A DNA stretch of 64,000 nucleotides from Sphyrna mokarran (taxonomy: Eukaryota). Position numbers and translations under genes: made by a program. The stretch is taken from contig JAGIQG010000010.1 in the NCBI GenBank assembly GCA_024679065.1, positions 61,876,001-61,940,000 on the forward strand, given 5' to 3'. Every line of letters starts with the position of its first letter. The first letter of the stretch is position 1. Below the pieces are notes generated by a model. That model searched no databases and was not told the DNA's origin. It saw only the letters and a program-made list of their open reading frames with translations. Shown here piece after piece: positions 23,351-36,490 of the stretch.

Positions 23351-25728
23351 TTAGAATAGAGGGTGCAATTTTGTGTATCCATTTATAAAAAGCCTTAAAG
23401 TCATCGAAAGCATTCACATTAGATTCACCACAACGATGTCAAGGAGTGTAAACTAGTTTAGGTAAAACTTTTGAGGCATCAAAATAATTTCCATGATGAC
23501 AGGAAATGCAAGGAAGAGATGAAGTAAAGATGTTAAAATTAGACAAAATGGAGAAGGTGTATTCCCTCTGGTTTGGGAATCAAAGGTGAATATCCCATGT
23601 CAGTTTAGAATTGACAAAAAGGGAATGAGAGCTGTAATGCTGAAAATACTGAAACAAAAATAGAGAAGTAACAGATTTATGCAATTAGAAGGCTGGAAGG
23701 GGAGGATAGAAGAACAAACAGATTGTCTATGATAGAATGGACGACAGGAAAGATATTGAGTGCCAATCTTATCTGCTGTTCATGCCATGCTACGCTGTAG
23801 TGAAGTTGGAGAATTTGGCGGCCAGCACAAACCCTCCACCATTGCCAATTTCCCTTCCCCAGTGGTCCTGCAGGGAAGCATTGTATTCCCCAGATTTTTG
23901 AAGTATCTCAGGCTATACAAGTTGTTATAGCTTCCCGTTTGTTTGCAAACACATTTATCTACCCAGAGGGAATTAATTAACATAGAATGAACTGCTTTTG
24001 TTAGGGCTCTGATGTACAAACTGACCACTCCAGAGAGGAAGAATTTCTCTAATTTGTACTGTTTCTCAAGGTTTATTTATTTTGAACCTTTCCTGATTCA
24101 CAGTAAAAATTCAAGTCAGAAAGCTTGTTTATATCTACATCATCTCTGCCTCTAGCACTTTGGCTTCATGAACTCCCAAACTGCAAAGGCTTTGAACTTG
24201 AAACCTGAAACAAGCAAGAGATTCCAGAAGCAACAGATCACTGTGAGCCAAGGAGCCTTCGACATCATTGAACAAATTTTAGGCAACAGTTCAAAATGCT
24301 ATTCCAAACCGCCCCAGGCAGCTGTCCACTGATATTTCAACTCACTGTATCACAGCGGGTAAATGATCATACCTGTAATTCTCAAGCAATGAGCTTCTAA
24401 CTTCGACTCTACACCATGTCGAGATAGCTGGGAAAAAGGAACTGCTTTATTATTATTCATTTGTGGGACATGGCAACGCTGGCTGATTAGAATTTATTGC
24501 CCATCTCTGGTTGTGCTGGTGGTGGTGGTGAGCTGCCTTGAAATACCGCAGTCCACACTTCCCAACAGAGATAGAGAAAGCCTGTCCAGAGTTCACCGTA
24601 AACCTATCTGTGAGTCTCTTTGTAGATTAGCTTAGTTCAGCCCAAACTTCAGTTAATATTTGTAGCTCTTTACAGTTGGGGAAGCTGTATAATGCATTAA
24701 ACCTTGATGAGAAAAAGGCCAAACTACAATGAATTCACTTTTAAATTTTCTGGTCTAATTTATTAGGGAGAAAGTATGCTGGAAAGAGTAGTCAGGCATA
24801 TACTACCCACTTTAATTTAGAAAGTTGTCACCATGTGGGGAATGTGCTATAGTGTGGGAGAAACTCCCAATCAGTTTTTCCTTAAGGGTTTATAAATACC
24901 TTCACAGTCTGTCTCCACCTCCACACTTGTGCCTTGTCATCATTTTGAGTTTTGTTCTGTAACTTTCCATTGTTTGGCAGGGAAGTGTACATTTTCTATG
25001 TGTGATCCACCCACAAACTACAAATGATGTTTCCTGCAGCTTCATGGGACTAAGGCAAATTAAACTTGGGATATTTATCAGCAGACAAACAGATTGTAGA
25101 GCTGGTAGAATTTACTTACAGAATTGGCCCTAACTTGTCTCCTGGAATTTAATTTCAGAACTTGAAAGCACCACATCCCAGAATCCTTTTCAGAACAGCA
25201 ACATGAAAGTGGTGACATCTTTAAATATGGATGTGTCTAAATATAGCTGAGAAACAATACATTCCTTCAATTTTCAAAAGACACATTTTGAGCTCAACAA
25301 AAAATCAATAAAGAGCGAAAATTCTTAACATTTATCTACAAGACTATATACTCTTTAATGTCACAGTAAACTCAGCTTTGAAGGAAAGCTCAAAGGATTG
25401 CACATTTCCAGATCGGAATCGACTTGATATCTACTGAAATCTTTACTTTGGCACTTGATTTGAATCATTTAAACTCTAAAATCTTGAAGTATATTTAAGT
25501 CTTTGACTAATACTTTAAATCCAGTGTTGTTGAAAAGGCTTGTGTAAGAACTGAAGTTGACATATTGGACTTCAGAAATTAGAATTTCTCTTAGGGCCAA
25601 GTAATCTATTCTCCCCAACAGAAATCTTGGAAATGACAATATATTTTGAATCCAATTTTGAATGTCATCATTCATCCCACGTTTTTAACCAATTGCTCGC
25701 AAAAATGAACAAATGTTACCATAAGCAG

Positions 25729-25810
25729 GATGTGGAGATGCCGACGTTGGACTGGAGTAAACACAGCAAGAAATCTTGCAATACCAGCTTAAAGCCCAAT
25801 AGATTTATTT
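25729..25810 (-). mobile_element. PLE terminal tail fragment
   Basis: Reverse complement of 3860-3940 (gatgtggagatgccgacgttggactgg...). Confidence 0.7.
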
Positions 25811-26789
25811 AGCTTCAAGTCCCAATCCATGATGTTGCAATTTTTAAGGTTTTGGGAGTATAAAGATCAATGCGGGACTTGGAAAATAGTACGGTCCACA
25901 TTATGACGTAGAGAGCCATTTGAAAGTTGTTAAGTACAGTAGTGAGTCTCATAGGAGTTGACAAGAAGGTAACACCAAATCATGACCATATTTTATCTGT
26001 ATGTAGTTATGTGTTATTGATTAACAGTTATTATTCAGCCATAGAAATTCTAGACCTTTTCCTAGGACAACAGGTAACATTACAACATTGTGAAAACAGG
26101 TGAAGGACCCCAAATCCCCTAAGAATGAAGAAGTAAAGAAATAACAGTCTGATTTGAGAGAAGCCTAACTTGAAAACCTCACATATATAACTTGTGATTG
26201 CCTAAGAAACTCTATTAAAATGTGGAAGCTGAAGAGCATAAGAAAGATCTACAATTTAGTGCAAAAGGGTTCCATTGAAGCATACGGAGGTCCTCTGTGA
26301 GACCCAATTGAAAGCAGAGTCAAAGGACCAAACCAGATTGCAAATGGGTGAGCAAACTCCAAAACAAATGTTGAAATAAGCTTTTCAGTTTGATGTAAGA
26401 ATCAAGCAGCATTGCAAAACTAATTGTTTTAACAAGCATGGCTTGAAGAATGCTATAGCCTGGATTTGGACTCAGCAATATAACGCATGGGAACAATGTG
26501 CAAACAGAGAAAAAAAATTAAAGAGAATTAAAGAAGAAAAATTGACTTCCATTCGATTCTTTAAGTTTAGGAAAGCAATTAGCTGACAAAATCAATTTAT
26601 TCAAAAGATTTTCTGCAGAATTGCTGAAGTTTAAAATGAGTCTATAACTATGACAGGCCCCTGCCAAATCCTGAAAAGCGTGGGAAGAGAAGAAAGAAAA
26701 GATTATTGCGATGACATTTAAAATCAATTGAAGCCAAATTTCCCTCTGCTGATGGGTGGTAAATCAACATTGCCAGACTAATTAAGGCA

Positions 26790-27250
26790 AATGGAAGGGC
26801 CATGTCAGGCACATAACTGGACATTATGGAGAAGAAAATTCTTAAGATATATGATAACATTAGGCTTGAATAAGAACAGGAAAGATGAACTTGTGCATAT
26901 ATATTATATTCAAGAGGTCCAATAGTAGATGACATAATTGCCAGACAAGAAATAAATGAATCTTCCAATAATTTGATGTCATCAGTCCTCTGAAACCTAC
27001 TTTAACAGGAGAAGCATTAAAATCTTGGAGTGAGCAAAATTTAGCAAGAGTCCAAAAGTCCAGACAACCCATAGATTTTTGTAAATGAATTATACATATT
27101 GGTCAATGTCAATCTTAAGTTGGAGCTCATAATAGTAGCAGGAGTAGCAAATGTTACAAATAAAGTACATCTTTATGATATACTCCAATCTAAAGAAGAC
27201 CCGACTTTGCAAAAAGCCATCCAAATTGTAAGACAATCGAAGATCCACTA
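26790..27250 (+). pseudogene. Gypsy gag relic
   Basis: NWTLWRRKFLRY...GPIVDDIIARQ and DILQSKEDPTLQKAIQIVRQS remnants typical of Gypsy gag; stops and frameshifts. Confidence 0.6.
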
Positions 27251-27574
27251 GCAAAACTAATCCAGTGTTTAGCTCCTGAGGTGGTTATGCAGAGTTGGGA
27301 ATTTTCCTGATTTTGCACTCCCATCTTGGGAGAAACAAGCCTAAATGGACAGGTTTTCATTCTGAGGAGGAGGAGGGATAGAGTGATGTACCAGAATCAA
27401 GCCTGCTGCTCCAGAACCAATGTGCTGAGTGCAGTGGTGGGCTGTTCAAAAGGCCCATCTCAGTGCTCTGGGACTTGTCATGATTATGTGATTGTGTATG
27501 AGTAATCAATCTATAATGTCACAGGGTGACCAAAATGAAAAGAGAATAAGTTTGTTGGGATTATTTTCATTGAA

Positions 27575-27920
27575 GTTTAGAAGTGTGAGGGGGGAAATCT
27601 CAGAAACAGGATTAGACAGGATAGATTCAGGAAGAGTGATGGGAGTAAAGCTTTTAGAACAGAGGTGAGGAGAAATTTCTTCATCCAGAGGGTGGTAAAC
27701 ATGTAGAATTCACTACCACAGAATGTAGTTGAAGCCAAAACATTGTGCAATTTCAAGGAGAAATTAGATATTGCCCTAAGGGCTAAAGGAATCAAAGGAT
27801 ATGAGGGGAAGTGGGAAAAAGAATATTGAATTTGATGATCAACCATGATCAAAATAATTGACAGAGCAGGCTCAAAGTGCTGAATGGCCTCCTCCTGTTT
27901 CTAGTTTCTATGTTTCTATA
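27575..27920 (+). mobile_element. CR1 LINE 3' fragment
   Basis: agaacagaggtgaggagaaatttcttcatccagagggtggt; 3' UTR gaatggcctcctcctg; tail tttctatgtttctat. Confidence 0.85.
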
Positions 27921-27924
27921 TACT

Positions 27925-28822
27925 AAAGTGTTTAAAAATGACTAATGACCAGAGAACTGACTATAGATGGCTGTCATAAGTAACCTCACGTCTGATATTG
28001 TCAGTTGACCGGCTTCTGGAAAGTTCCAAAGCGGAATTACAATTCAAACTTTGCAATTTGAAGTGAGACAGTGCAAACTGCTTTAAAATGCCAGGCTGAA
28101 TAGATGAAGGTGAAAAAAACAAACATACCTTCAGAGCCATCAAAGATCATAGCTTCTAACAAAGAAATATTAGAATGCAAAGTACTGGGTATTGAAACAA
28201 CTGCTGTCACAAACAGACCCAGCCAAAACCCATTGGAAATACACAGTGGGTAAAATATAACAGGCTAGGCTGCTAGTCACCACAGAAAGATTGCAAGTGG
28301 TGCAGGGAGTGTGAAGAATGTTTTCAGCAGAGGAAACAGGCTAACGGGTTGTGCTCTATCCCTCTCCTCTTTTGAAAAAAGTGTCCTTCAGTAGTTGAAG
28401 AGTCAAATATCAGAAATCTACCAGCAAACTGTGATCTTGCTATAATTATAATATCTTCTCCATCTGATTGCATTTAAGAAAACAACTAACCTAAATTGGC
28501 CTTAATTAACAATTTAACAACCTATCCTTCAAAATCAAAGGATATTTAACACCATCCTTTTCTTTTGGATGTCCTTCATTTTTGATATGTGTGTGTGACA
28601 TCATGTTTTTATTATACTTCCTCTTAGTTTTCTGGTCAATAAATTTGTTTTTTCCTTCACTCAAGAATTTGATTGGCCCCAGTTTGATATTACATAAATA
28701 GCATTACAATTTGAAAAAGGCATTTCCTCACAAGAAATAAACAGAAAAATTTTGTTGTGATCAACTGAAGAGCTTGAATAAAGAGGGGTCAGTTCACTCC
28801 TCATTTGGTCATATTTATAACA
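27925..28822 (+). mobile_element. Possible LTR fragment
   Basis: AATAAA near 28638 and end ...tataaca similar in style to 1612-4388; no TSD or partner found. Confidence 0.25.
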
Positions 28823-29759
28823 TCCATTGTAATTCAAGTAGTTAGTCACTTTAGCCCTCGATTCTTATAATTTCCATGCGGCATCCATGACAACACATGC
28901 ACACAAGGACCCCAATGGCTACGCTAAACGCATGACACCCTAAATCCCACCATCCACTCTGTGATTTTTCATATGTTCCAAGGCAACCTATGCCCCTCTA
29001 TTCAATCCCCATGCCCTTTTATAGCCCCTATGCTAACATAGTGCCAGCACATATCAACCCAGGACCTCCAATATGTCACGCTTTGCTCTTAATCCTCCAT
29101 GCCAACTCACATACCCAATGGTAGACTGCAGAGACCATGCTGAGGTGAAATACAATAAAAGTTTAAAATACCCTTTACAAATTTCATTATATAAAAATGT
29201 CATTGATTAAAACCGATTTAATACACTTAAATCTGTTCAAATACCAAACCCATTACAAAAAACAAACATTTGTACTCATAGCCCCATCTCAAAGTTAGCT
29301 AGCTAGCCCCTTAGTAACTTGAAACTGTCAATGAAATGGTGAATGTGTGTGCTCTTCCTATGATAATATATTGTGGAAGCAGTCAAGCAGTAATAATACT
29401 ATATTGATATACCACAGGCTTATGTTGAAAAACAAATGGGATTTAACTAACTTGACAGCTTGAAAGCTCCACTAACCATGATCATGGTACACAATCATGT
29501 CTCAGCTTAAAAATCATAAGTGAGAAATGTTCTTTCCTCTAGTGACAAGTCAGTACTAAAGTTCAAGTCACCTTCCTAGATTTGGGAGAGAACCAGGCAA
29601 CATGTAACTAACAGAGCCAGGGATCAGTGCTGGAGCCATAATTATTTACAATACATATTAAATTGGATGAGGAAGTAAATGTGCTATTGTCAAGTTTGTG
29701 GATGACACAAAAATTGATGGGAAGGCAAGTGATGTAGACGACACAAAGCAGGTGATCTT

Positions 29760-30270
29760 CCTTCTCATTATGGATCTCCCATATGTATGTATCACATTCA
29801 AACTCTTTTTAATTTCCCAGTGAAAGTAAGGTCTTGGAAATAGAGGCAGGACATCCAGATCCTGGATCCAGGCACCATTTTGGATAATCCAAGAGTTTTC
29901 ATGGCTCAGTGAAAGTCCAGGATCCTCTCTCTTTGTGTACACAACATCATTCATCTAAATCCTTTGTACAATAATGGAGAACACACCACAGGGCGTTAGC
30001 AATATCCCTGCTTCTGCCTGGATTGAACCTGTTGAGAGGACGTTCATGGCTACAATGATCCTTACTACCATTGAAATACTCCACTTATCTTGCTTTGAGG
30101 CAGCAGGTCTGCCTCTAATCTGGGGTGGATTTCAATCAGAATCTGCTTCATGAAACAGAGACATATTTTCCCAGCTAGGTTGAAGTAGAAGAATTGCTCT
30201 TCATAGACTTATGGTAGATCTGGACACTTCTGCGGGCCCTGCTCATCCACCATCTTCCAGCAGTTTATTT
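29760..30270 (-). pseudogene. PIF/Harbinger transposase N-terminal relic
   Basis: Minus strand gives VYEEQFFYFNL..CLCFMKQILIEI and MVVRIIVAMNVLSTGSIQAEAG, resembling the HARBI1-like RVYREQFSYL...VAVKVTVALNFYASGSFQ region. Confidence 0.6.
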
Positions 30271-31547
30271 TCCATTGTGTTACCTCCTCTCATTCTCTCT
30301 GTCATGCTCTAAGTTAAGGGAGGCTAAAAACTATAACATGTTTGATAGAAGCAAACAATTTGCAAGAGTCTTTGAAGTGAGAAGCAAGATCTTCCCACAA
30401 ACCACTCACTTTACCAACTTTAGCTAGCAGCACACACCAGGAAATACTTCTACTAACTCAACAAGAGCAGTTATTGGAAATCAATCAGCAATTTGACTGA
30501 AAGTGGTTGATGATCCTTTTAAGTAGCATTGGTGTGAGGTGGATCCTCTAGTGAATGCATGTTCAGCTGTGCCTGGTTAAGAGCATTGAGGTTGAAAATG
30601 GTACTAATAGACTCAAATTAGTATTGAACTCTAACTGACATCACAGTCTACTGACTTTGCATTCTTCCAACTAGTGCTTTCAGTGCCTGCGCTAATAGAC
30701 CACTTAAAATGGCAACAGGACTGGGAGATTCTGTGAAGAGGGAAATGCAATTAATAGTAGAAGAAGCACATGGACTTGATGCATTTAACTGTGTTTCTCT
30801 CTACAGATGCTATTAGACCTACTGTGTTCATCCAAAGTTTTCTGTTTTTATTTCTGATTTCCAGCATCTGCAGTATTTTGCTTTTTATGCTTCCTTTTAA
30901 AATGGCACCTGGAGTGACTCACACCAGAAGATTGCACACACAGTGTAGTAATGCTTTTAGGCCTCCCATTGCACTGTAGCACCAAACTAAGGGTGTTAGG
31001 CATCCACATTTTGTGGTATGTATCTTTAAGACATTGTTTTGGTCAATCCAAAATTTTGAAGACCTATGAACTGTTTCACGTGGGGACAACGGGCCTTAAC
31101 TGAAGTGCTGTTCCTGTGTTCATTCTTGCTTGATTCTACTTTAAGTAAATCAGTCACTATCAATAATTAGAAACCTTCTTCAAACTCAATAAGTAGTTAA
31201 TATATTTCATTAGTGTATCAAAAGAAAGAGTAAAATGGCCCAGGGCAACATCTTCAGATGAGATCAAGATCAGGAAACAATTGTCAAGCCTGTGCTTCTT
31301 TCAAATATTAGTGAATATTTAAGATAAATAGCTACAACCTTGTGTTATAGATTTTTCCAGGAATATTCTCCTTCATTACAAATACTCTTTAAAAAAAAAC
31401 AAAGTGCCAGAGGGATAAGGTTAGAGCACTGAAAGGAAAATGTTGGAAAAAGCCATAAACAAGGCAGAATTATGCAATAATTAACTCTTTCCATTATTGG
31501 CTTGGTCTTCCATTATTAACTCTCGTACAGATCCTACTTATTGTCAA

Positions 31548-31769
31548 ACAGCAAATTACTGCACGTGCTGGAATCTGAAACCAAAAGAGAAAATGCTGGA
31601 AAATCTCAGCAGGTCTGGCAGCATCAGTAAGGAAACAAAAAAGCTGATGTTTTGAGTCTAGGTCAGAGCTTTGGCAAAGGGTCGTCTGAACTCAAAATGT
31701 CAGCTTTTTTTCTCTCCTTACAGATGCTGCCAGACTTGCTGAGATTTTCCAGCATTTTCTCTTTTGTTT
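31548..31769. mobile_element. PLE-type hairpin element (about 220 bp) with TSD
   Basis: Inverted arms 31577-31658 / 31690-31770; extra tail on the left arm; TSD CCTACTTATTGTCAA (31533-31547) / CCTGCTTGTTGTCAA (31770-31784). Confidence 0.75.
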
Positions 31770-32559
31770 CCTGCTTGTTGTCAATGTTCTGCAACAACTT
31801 TGATTCCTGTAGACCTCCATTGTAATAAAATATCCCAACACACTTCACAGGAGCAATATCAAACAAAATTTGACGCCAAGCCAAACAGATATAGACCTGG
31901 ATTTTAATAGTGAAAAGTTCAGTTTTTGTTGCCTTTATTGCTCTGAAACTGACAATGTCTTCTGGGCTGGAATTTTTAAGATTTAGTCTGTACCAAATCA
32001 ATAATGGACCAGCAATCCAAATCGTGAAGGACAGGGCTTTCGTATCCTGCTTGGCTGACCAAGTTGGCTTGACTGGGTTCAGTCAGTGAATTTGCCTAAG
32101 GTAGGATTTCTAATTAAATAAATCTTGGCATAGATTAGAAGGCTAAACTCTGCATTGATTCCTGATACTGTCGCCCTATAGGAATGCAAAAAACATAGAC
32201 TAAGTCGCATTTTTGGCAGAGTCATTGCTGAGGCCATAACTAGCAATAGATCTGAATGAGATGAATGTGATGTTATCCTTATACCTGATTCTCTTTTTCA
32301 CATCCTACCATTCACCTGATCCCACAATCTCATTTAACCTGCAAGCCAAAGATAGTGTAAGTATGCATTTCTTACTGATCCTTCCTTTCACCACAATTTT
32401 ACCCCCTGTCCTTTTCTCTTCACATACACAGAAAATTCAGCCTGCTCAGGCAGTGGAGAAAAAACAAAGAAAAATCATCAAAAAGAAACATATTTACTAT
32501 ATTTCACATTCACAGCTTGTACTGATATATGACTGATAGGAGAGGTTAAATATGGGATC

Positions 32560-35030
32560 TGCTTGTTCACAGGTATATTGTGGCCAGTACAGCATGCAGG
32601 GGTAAAACAGTCACCAATTCATTGGAGAGCTGCTGATGACTTGGATGGGCCAGGCTACAAGAGAAGGCTGATGGATGTACGCAATAGCTGATAGCATTCT
32701 TTTCTATTTAAGCATAGCCAGAGTTGACCTTTCCTCCTGCTCATGAACCATTCGCTCTGGGTGTTCCCCAAAAGATGTACTGTCACTCCTTCAGCCACAT
32801 CCTCTGAAAGCACCTGCTGCATTGGGAAGCTTGCCAGAAAGCTTATATTCAATGGCAACAGGCTGGGAAGAGTTTGGAACTGAATTTGAATGAGTTTGTA
32901 CCCCATTTTTTCAAACATGGAAATGATGGTCAACTCCATCAATCTAGTTGTGAACATAGCTGTGATATCTGAACTTCCATTGCAGGTACTAGCAACTTCC
33001 ATCAAAAGCCTGAATGTTGTAAAAGAAGTTCAGACTGCTGTTATTCAGGGTCAGTTCCCTGGCCAGACTACTGCCGTCAAGATTGCGAAGATCATTGTAC
33101 AAGGGGACTTGCAGAACGTCACAGCCATCCGGCAATTTGTCTTTCAACAGATTACTAGAATTGTTGATCTCCCAGAGGCGTGGCTATGTTTCCATAGAGC
33201 ACTAAGCTGAACAACAACATTTATACTCCCATTCCTATCACTCAACAACATTGCTTGTCAGCCAGCCAGCCCGAACTGCTGCTGTCTATGCTGAGACAGT
33301 ACAGTCATAAGTCAGGGCCAAAACTGCCCGAGGCTGTGCTGCAAGGCTAACTATAGTCTCCTCCAATGAAGGCCTGCAACCTCTATCAGCCACACAGCAG
33401 TCACACTGGAGCAATGCTGCATAGAAGCAATAGGACAGGCAAAAATTCACAGAAGATAGGCACTAAACCAGTGCCAGTTTGAATGCAAAATGGCTTACTT
33501 CCACTTATAAACTTAGTTTGGAATGATTATTTTGTGGTTTTATTTTTCTATTGTGACCAAGAGGACAATGCATTAATCCCTGCCAGAGGGAGGGTGAGGG
33601 GTATGGGATTGTAGGCAGATAGGAAATTGGATTCTCCTCTTCATGCTCTTGCTTCTCAGCTTCTCCCCCAATAGTTGAATGCAAGGGCTGTGACTTCATG
33701 GAGGTCATGATGCCAGCATTGGACTCGGGTAAACACAGTAAGGAGTCTCACAATACCAGATTAGAGTCCAACCATGATAATGACAATCATACAAGCAAAA
33801 TTCCTATCAAATAAACTGGTTGGACTCTAACCTGGTATTGTGAGATTTCTTACTTCATGAAGGTGCAGCATGCAGCAGTGCAGCATGCAGCAGACCACCA
33901 CAAATCTTGCTACTCAGTCAGTCGAATACTGCAGAGCTCCTCCTGAGCTGTCCAGGCAGTAGAATCATTTCTTCAGTTTGTGCATGGCCTGCTTTATCAC
34001 ATACCTTGTGATAACATGGCTGTTAGTGTATTTGCATACTGTGTACTTTGCATGGGTTGAGAACTGAAAGTATGAACCATGTTGAAACCAAATAGTTTCT
34101 GATGTCCAATACCTATTCTCTGGTTTACTATGGTGTTGAAATGTAGTTGGCACAGCAGACTGGCTCAGAATGAAAGCATCCTGGCCACTCTGAAGATCCT
34201 AGACTTGAGCAGCATGATGCACTGCCCATTGTTATATACCAGTTGGGCATCAAGAAAATTGAATCCTTTTCAATTTTGGTACATTGCAGAGATGATGTGC
34301 AGTGTCCACAAAAATGTGCTTGCAGGCAATCTGACCCAGTACAATGGGACAGCTGGCAAATATTGCAAATGCTTTTGTCCATTTGTCTGCCTGTCTCCCA
34401 CAGAAGAAAATGAAGTAGTTAACTGTCTCTCACCAAAGAGCCTCAGTAATTTCCAGTACAGAACAATCAAATGGCAGTCTTTGAGATCCTACTTATACCC
34501 TGCACTAATCTAGAAGGAACCAGGCATATAAAAATCCATTGCTATGTCACCTTCACAGCCACTGACAATGTGATCCTCTGCTCTGAGTTCCAATTATAGT
34601 TGCAGAGCGAGAACCTTCTTGATGGAGTAAAGATCTCTCACATATTATTTATTGCTGAGGCATTGGTAGGAAAAATAAACTCTGAGCACCCTGATTAAAT
34701 ATGGCCTTCTCCCCCATTTCCTCCTTCCAGCAGCTTGTCCAGCTCTGCACGGCCATTACTCATTCTCCCAATTATATCTATTTTAAGAGGAGGATGTGCT
34801 TGTCCTCTCATGTCTGGCAGCAACTGATTTGTGTAGAACCCTAGAGATCATTAAAAAATCTTTTAGGGCACCTACACACCCCTCCATGCAGAATTTTGAA
34901 ACTTGAATCAACCAAAAATGTGTACAATTGAAGAAATAGTTAAAAAAAAACATGATCAGGAACTAACCTGCAAGCTGATCCCTTTGAATAATGTTGGTGG
35001 GGGTCCTTCCTTTTGTCTAACACACATTCA
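32560..35030 (-). mobile_element. Degraded PIF/Harbinger element; transposase relic on minus strand at about 33870-34720
   Basis: Minus strand reads KGFNFLDAQLVYNNGQCIML...DAFILSQSAVP and TLSVAVKV..AMDFYMPGSF. 32560-33450 may be the convergent accessory gene (inference). Confidence 0.6.
33706..33851. mobile_element. 146-bp mini hairpin derived from the PLE terminus
   Basis: 37-bp inverted arms 33737-33773 / 33818-33854 homologous to 2035-2072 and 3868-3903; tail on left; TSD ACTTCATGGAGGT (33693-33705) / ACTTCATGAAGGT (33852-33864). Confidence 0.8.
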
Positions 35031-36282
35031 GCTGTGCAAGGTTAAAAGAGGGCATTGGCTGGAGCATTGAGTTCCAAAATAGTAGTGCTAGTGTCAAATC
35101 AACATTGCACATAGATTATGATGTTAATCTTTCTTTTATGCATTCTTCTAGCAGATATTAACTGTGCTGAGGTAATGCCATTATAAAATAGCACCTAGCC
35201 TATTTTGTGCAAGAAACCTATGATTGCTGTTGAGGCTGCTTTGGGATGCTTTGGACGGCATGCGTGGTGCCAAAAAATGGTACGATTGAGCCCAGAAGTG
35301 AACATTATAGCATTGAATCATTTTAGTATATTGATCACTATCTTTGATCATCTTCTGCTATGATTGGCAATTCTGATTGAGAGATCCAGTGTTTATTGTG
35401 ATGCAGTCTAGATTGACAAAGTAATATTAGTAACCCTATTGAGCAAAAATTAATTAACTAATGCAAAATGACATTTTATGTAAGTTTATTTAAGTTCTGA
35501 CCCAATAGTATTTCTTTTCTTGGCCAAATTAATATTACCATGTAGCCTTTTATCTGTGAGAGATCAAATATGTGTTGATGATTGACATCATGAATCTGTC
35601 ATTCTGTAATCTTTATAATGAGCTTGAAATCCTGGAAGATCTTATATCACCTGGACTTCATCTGACTATTTTTTATCTGCTCACTTAGCCTGCCTATGTC
35701 CCTTTTTGAGCTCTCTAGCTCCTCTTGACAATTTACTTTCCTACCTACCTTGATGCTATTGACAAATTTACCATTACAGTATGGTGTAATTACTTGAACA
35801 TCTTCAGACATATTCACTTTATTTGAAGATATTCAATTAATTACATTGTATTGTAACATGATACATATTTTAGTGGATGTCTTTTATTAAAATCACAATT
35901 GTGGTATTATTCTTTTACAAAAAGTTATTATCAAAATCCATTACATCTCATGAAGATGGGCACAGCTTTCATAAAGAACTTTGAGCTCATCTATCAGATT
36001 TAGTAGTGGTCAATAGAAAATGGCTATAATATCAAAAGTTTTGTAATCTCAATTGATTGTGGTGAGATTTCATACATGCACTGTGTCACAACAGCGTAGG
36101 ACTTAAAATCAGGAGTAGGTCATTCAGTATCTCAAACCTCCTCTCCCATTCACTAAAATCAAGGCTACTCATTGCATCTCAATGCCATTTTGCTCTCCAC
36201 ACCCCTCCACCCCCTCACCGCCCAATAATACTCAGCTTCCATGTCCATCAAAAATGTCTAATTCTGCTTGAATAAACTCAGT

Positions 36283-36410
36283 GATCAAAATTCTCTAATG
36301 TCATGTGCCCCGCCATTGATGCCAGGGAGAATGGAGAATTTGGCGCTCTGCTAAATTTCCATGCACTTCACCGGGCCCGATGAATCCCAGCTGCGGCCGA
36401 GGTCAGAGAA
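36283..36410. mobile_element. MITE (family also at 17550-17640 and 23780-23875)
   Basis: Shared core ggagaatttggc; aattctct...agagaa inverted termini. Confidence 0.5.
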
Positions 36411-36490
36411 CATAGAACAATACAGCACAGAACAGGCCCTTCGGCCCTCGATGTTGTGCCGACCAAAATAAAAAGCAATGCCCCTCCTAA

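Noticed and set aside
25118-25246. Minus-strand exon
   Set aside because: Weak donor context (TCT|GTAAGT), no recognisable reading frame, no partner exons.
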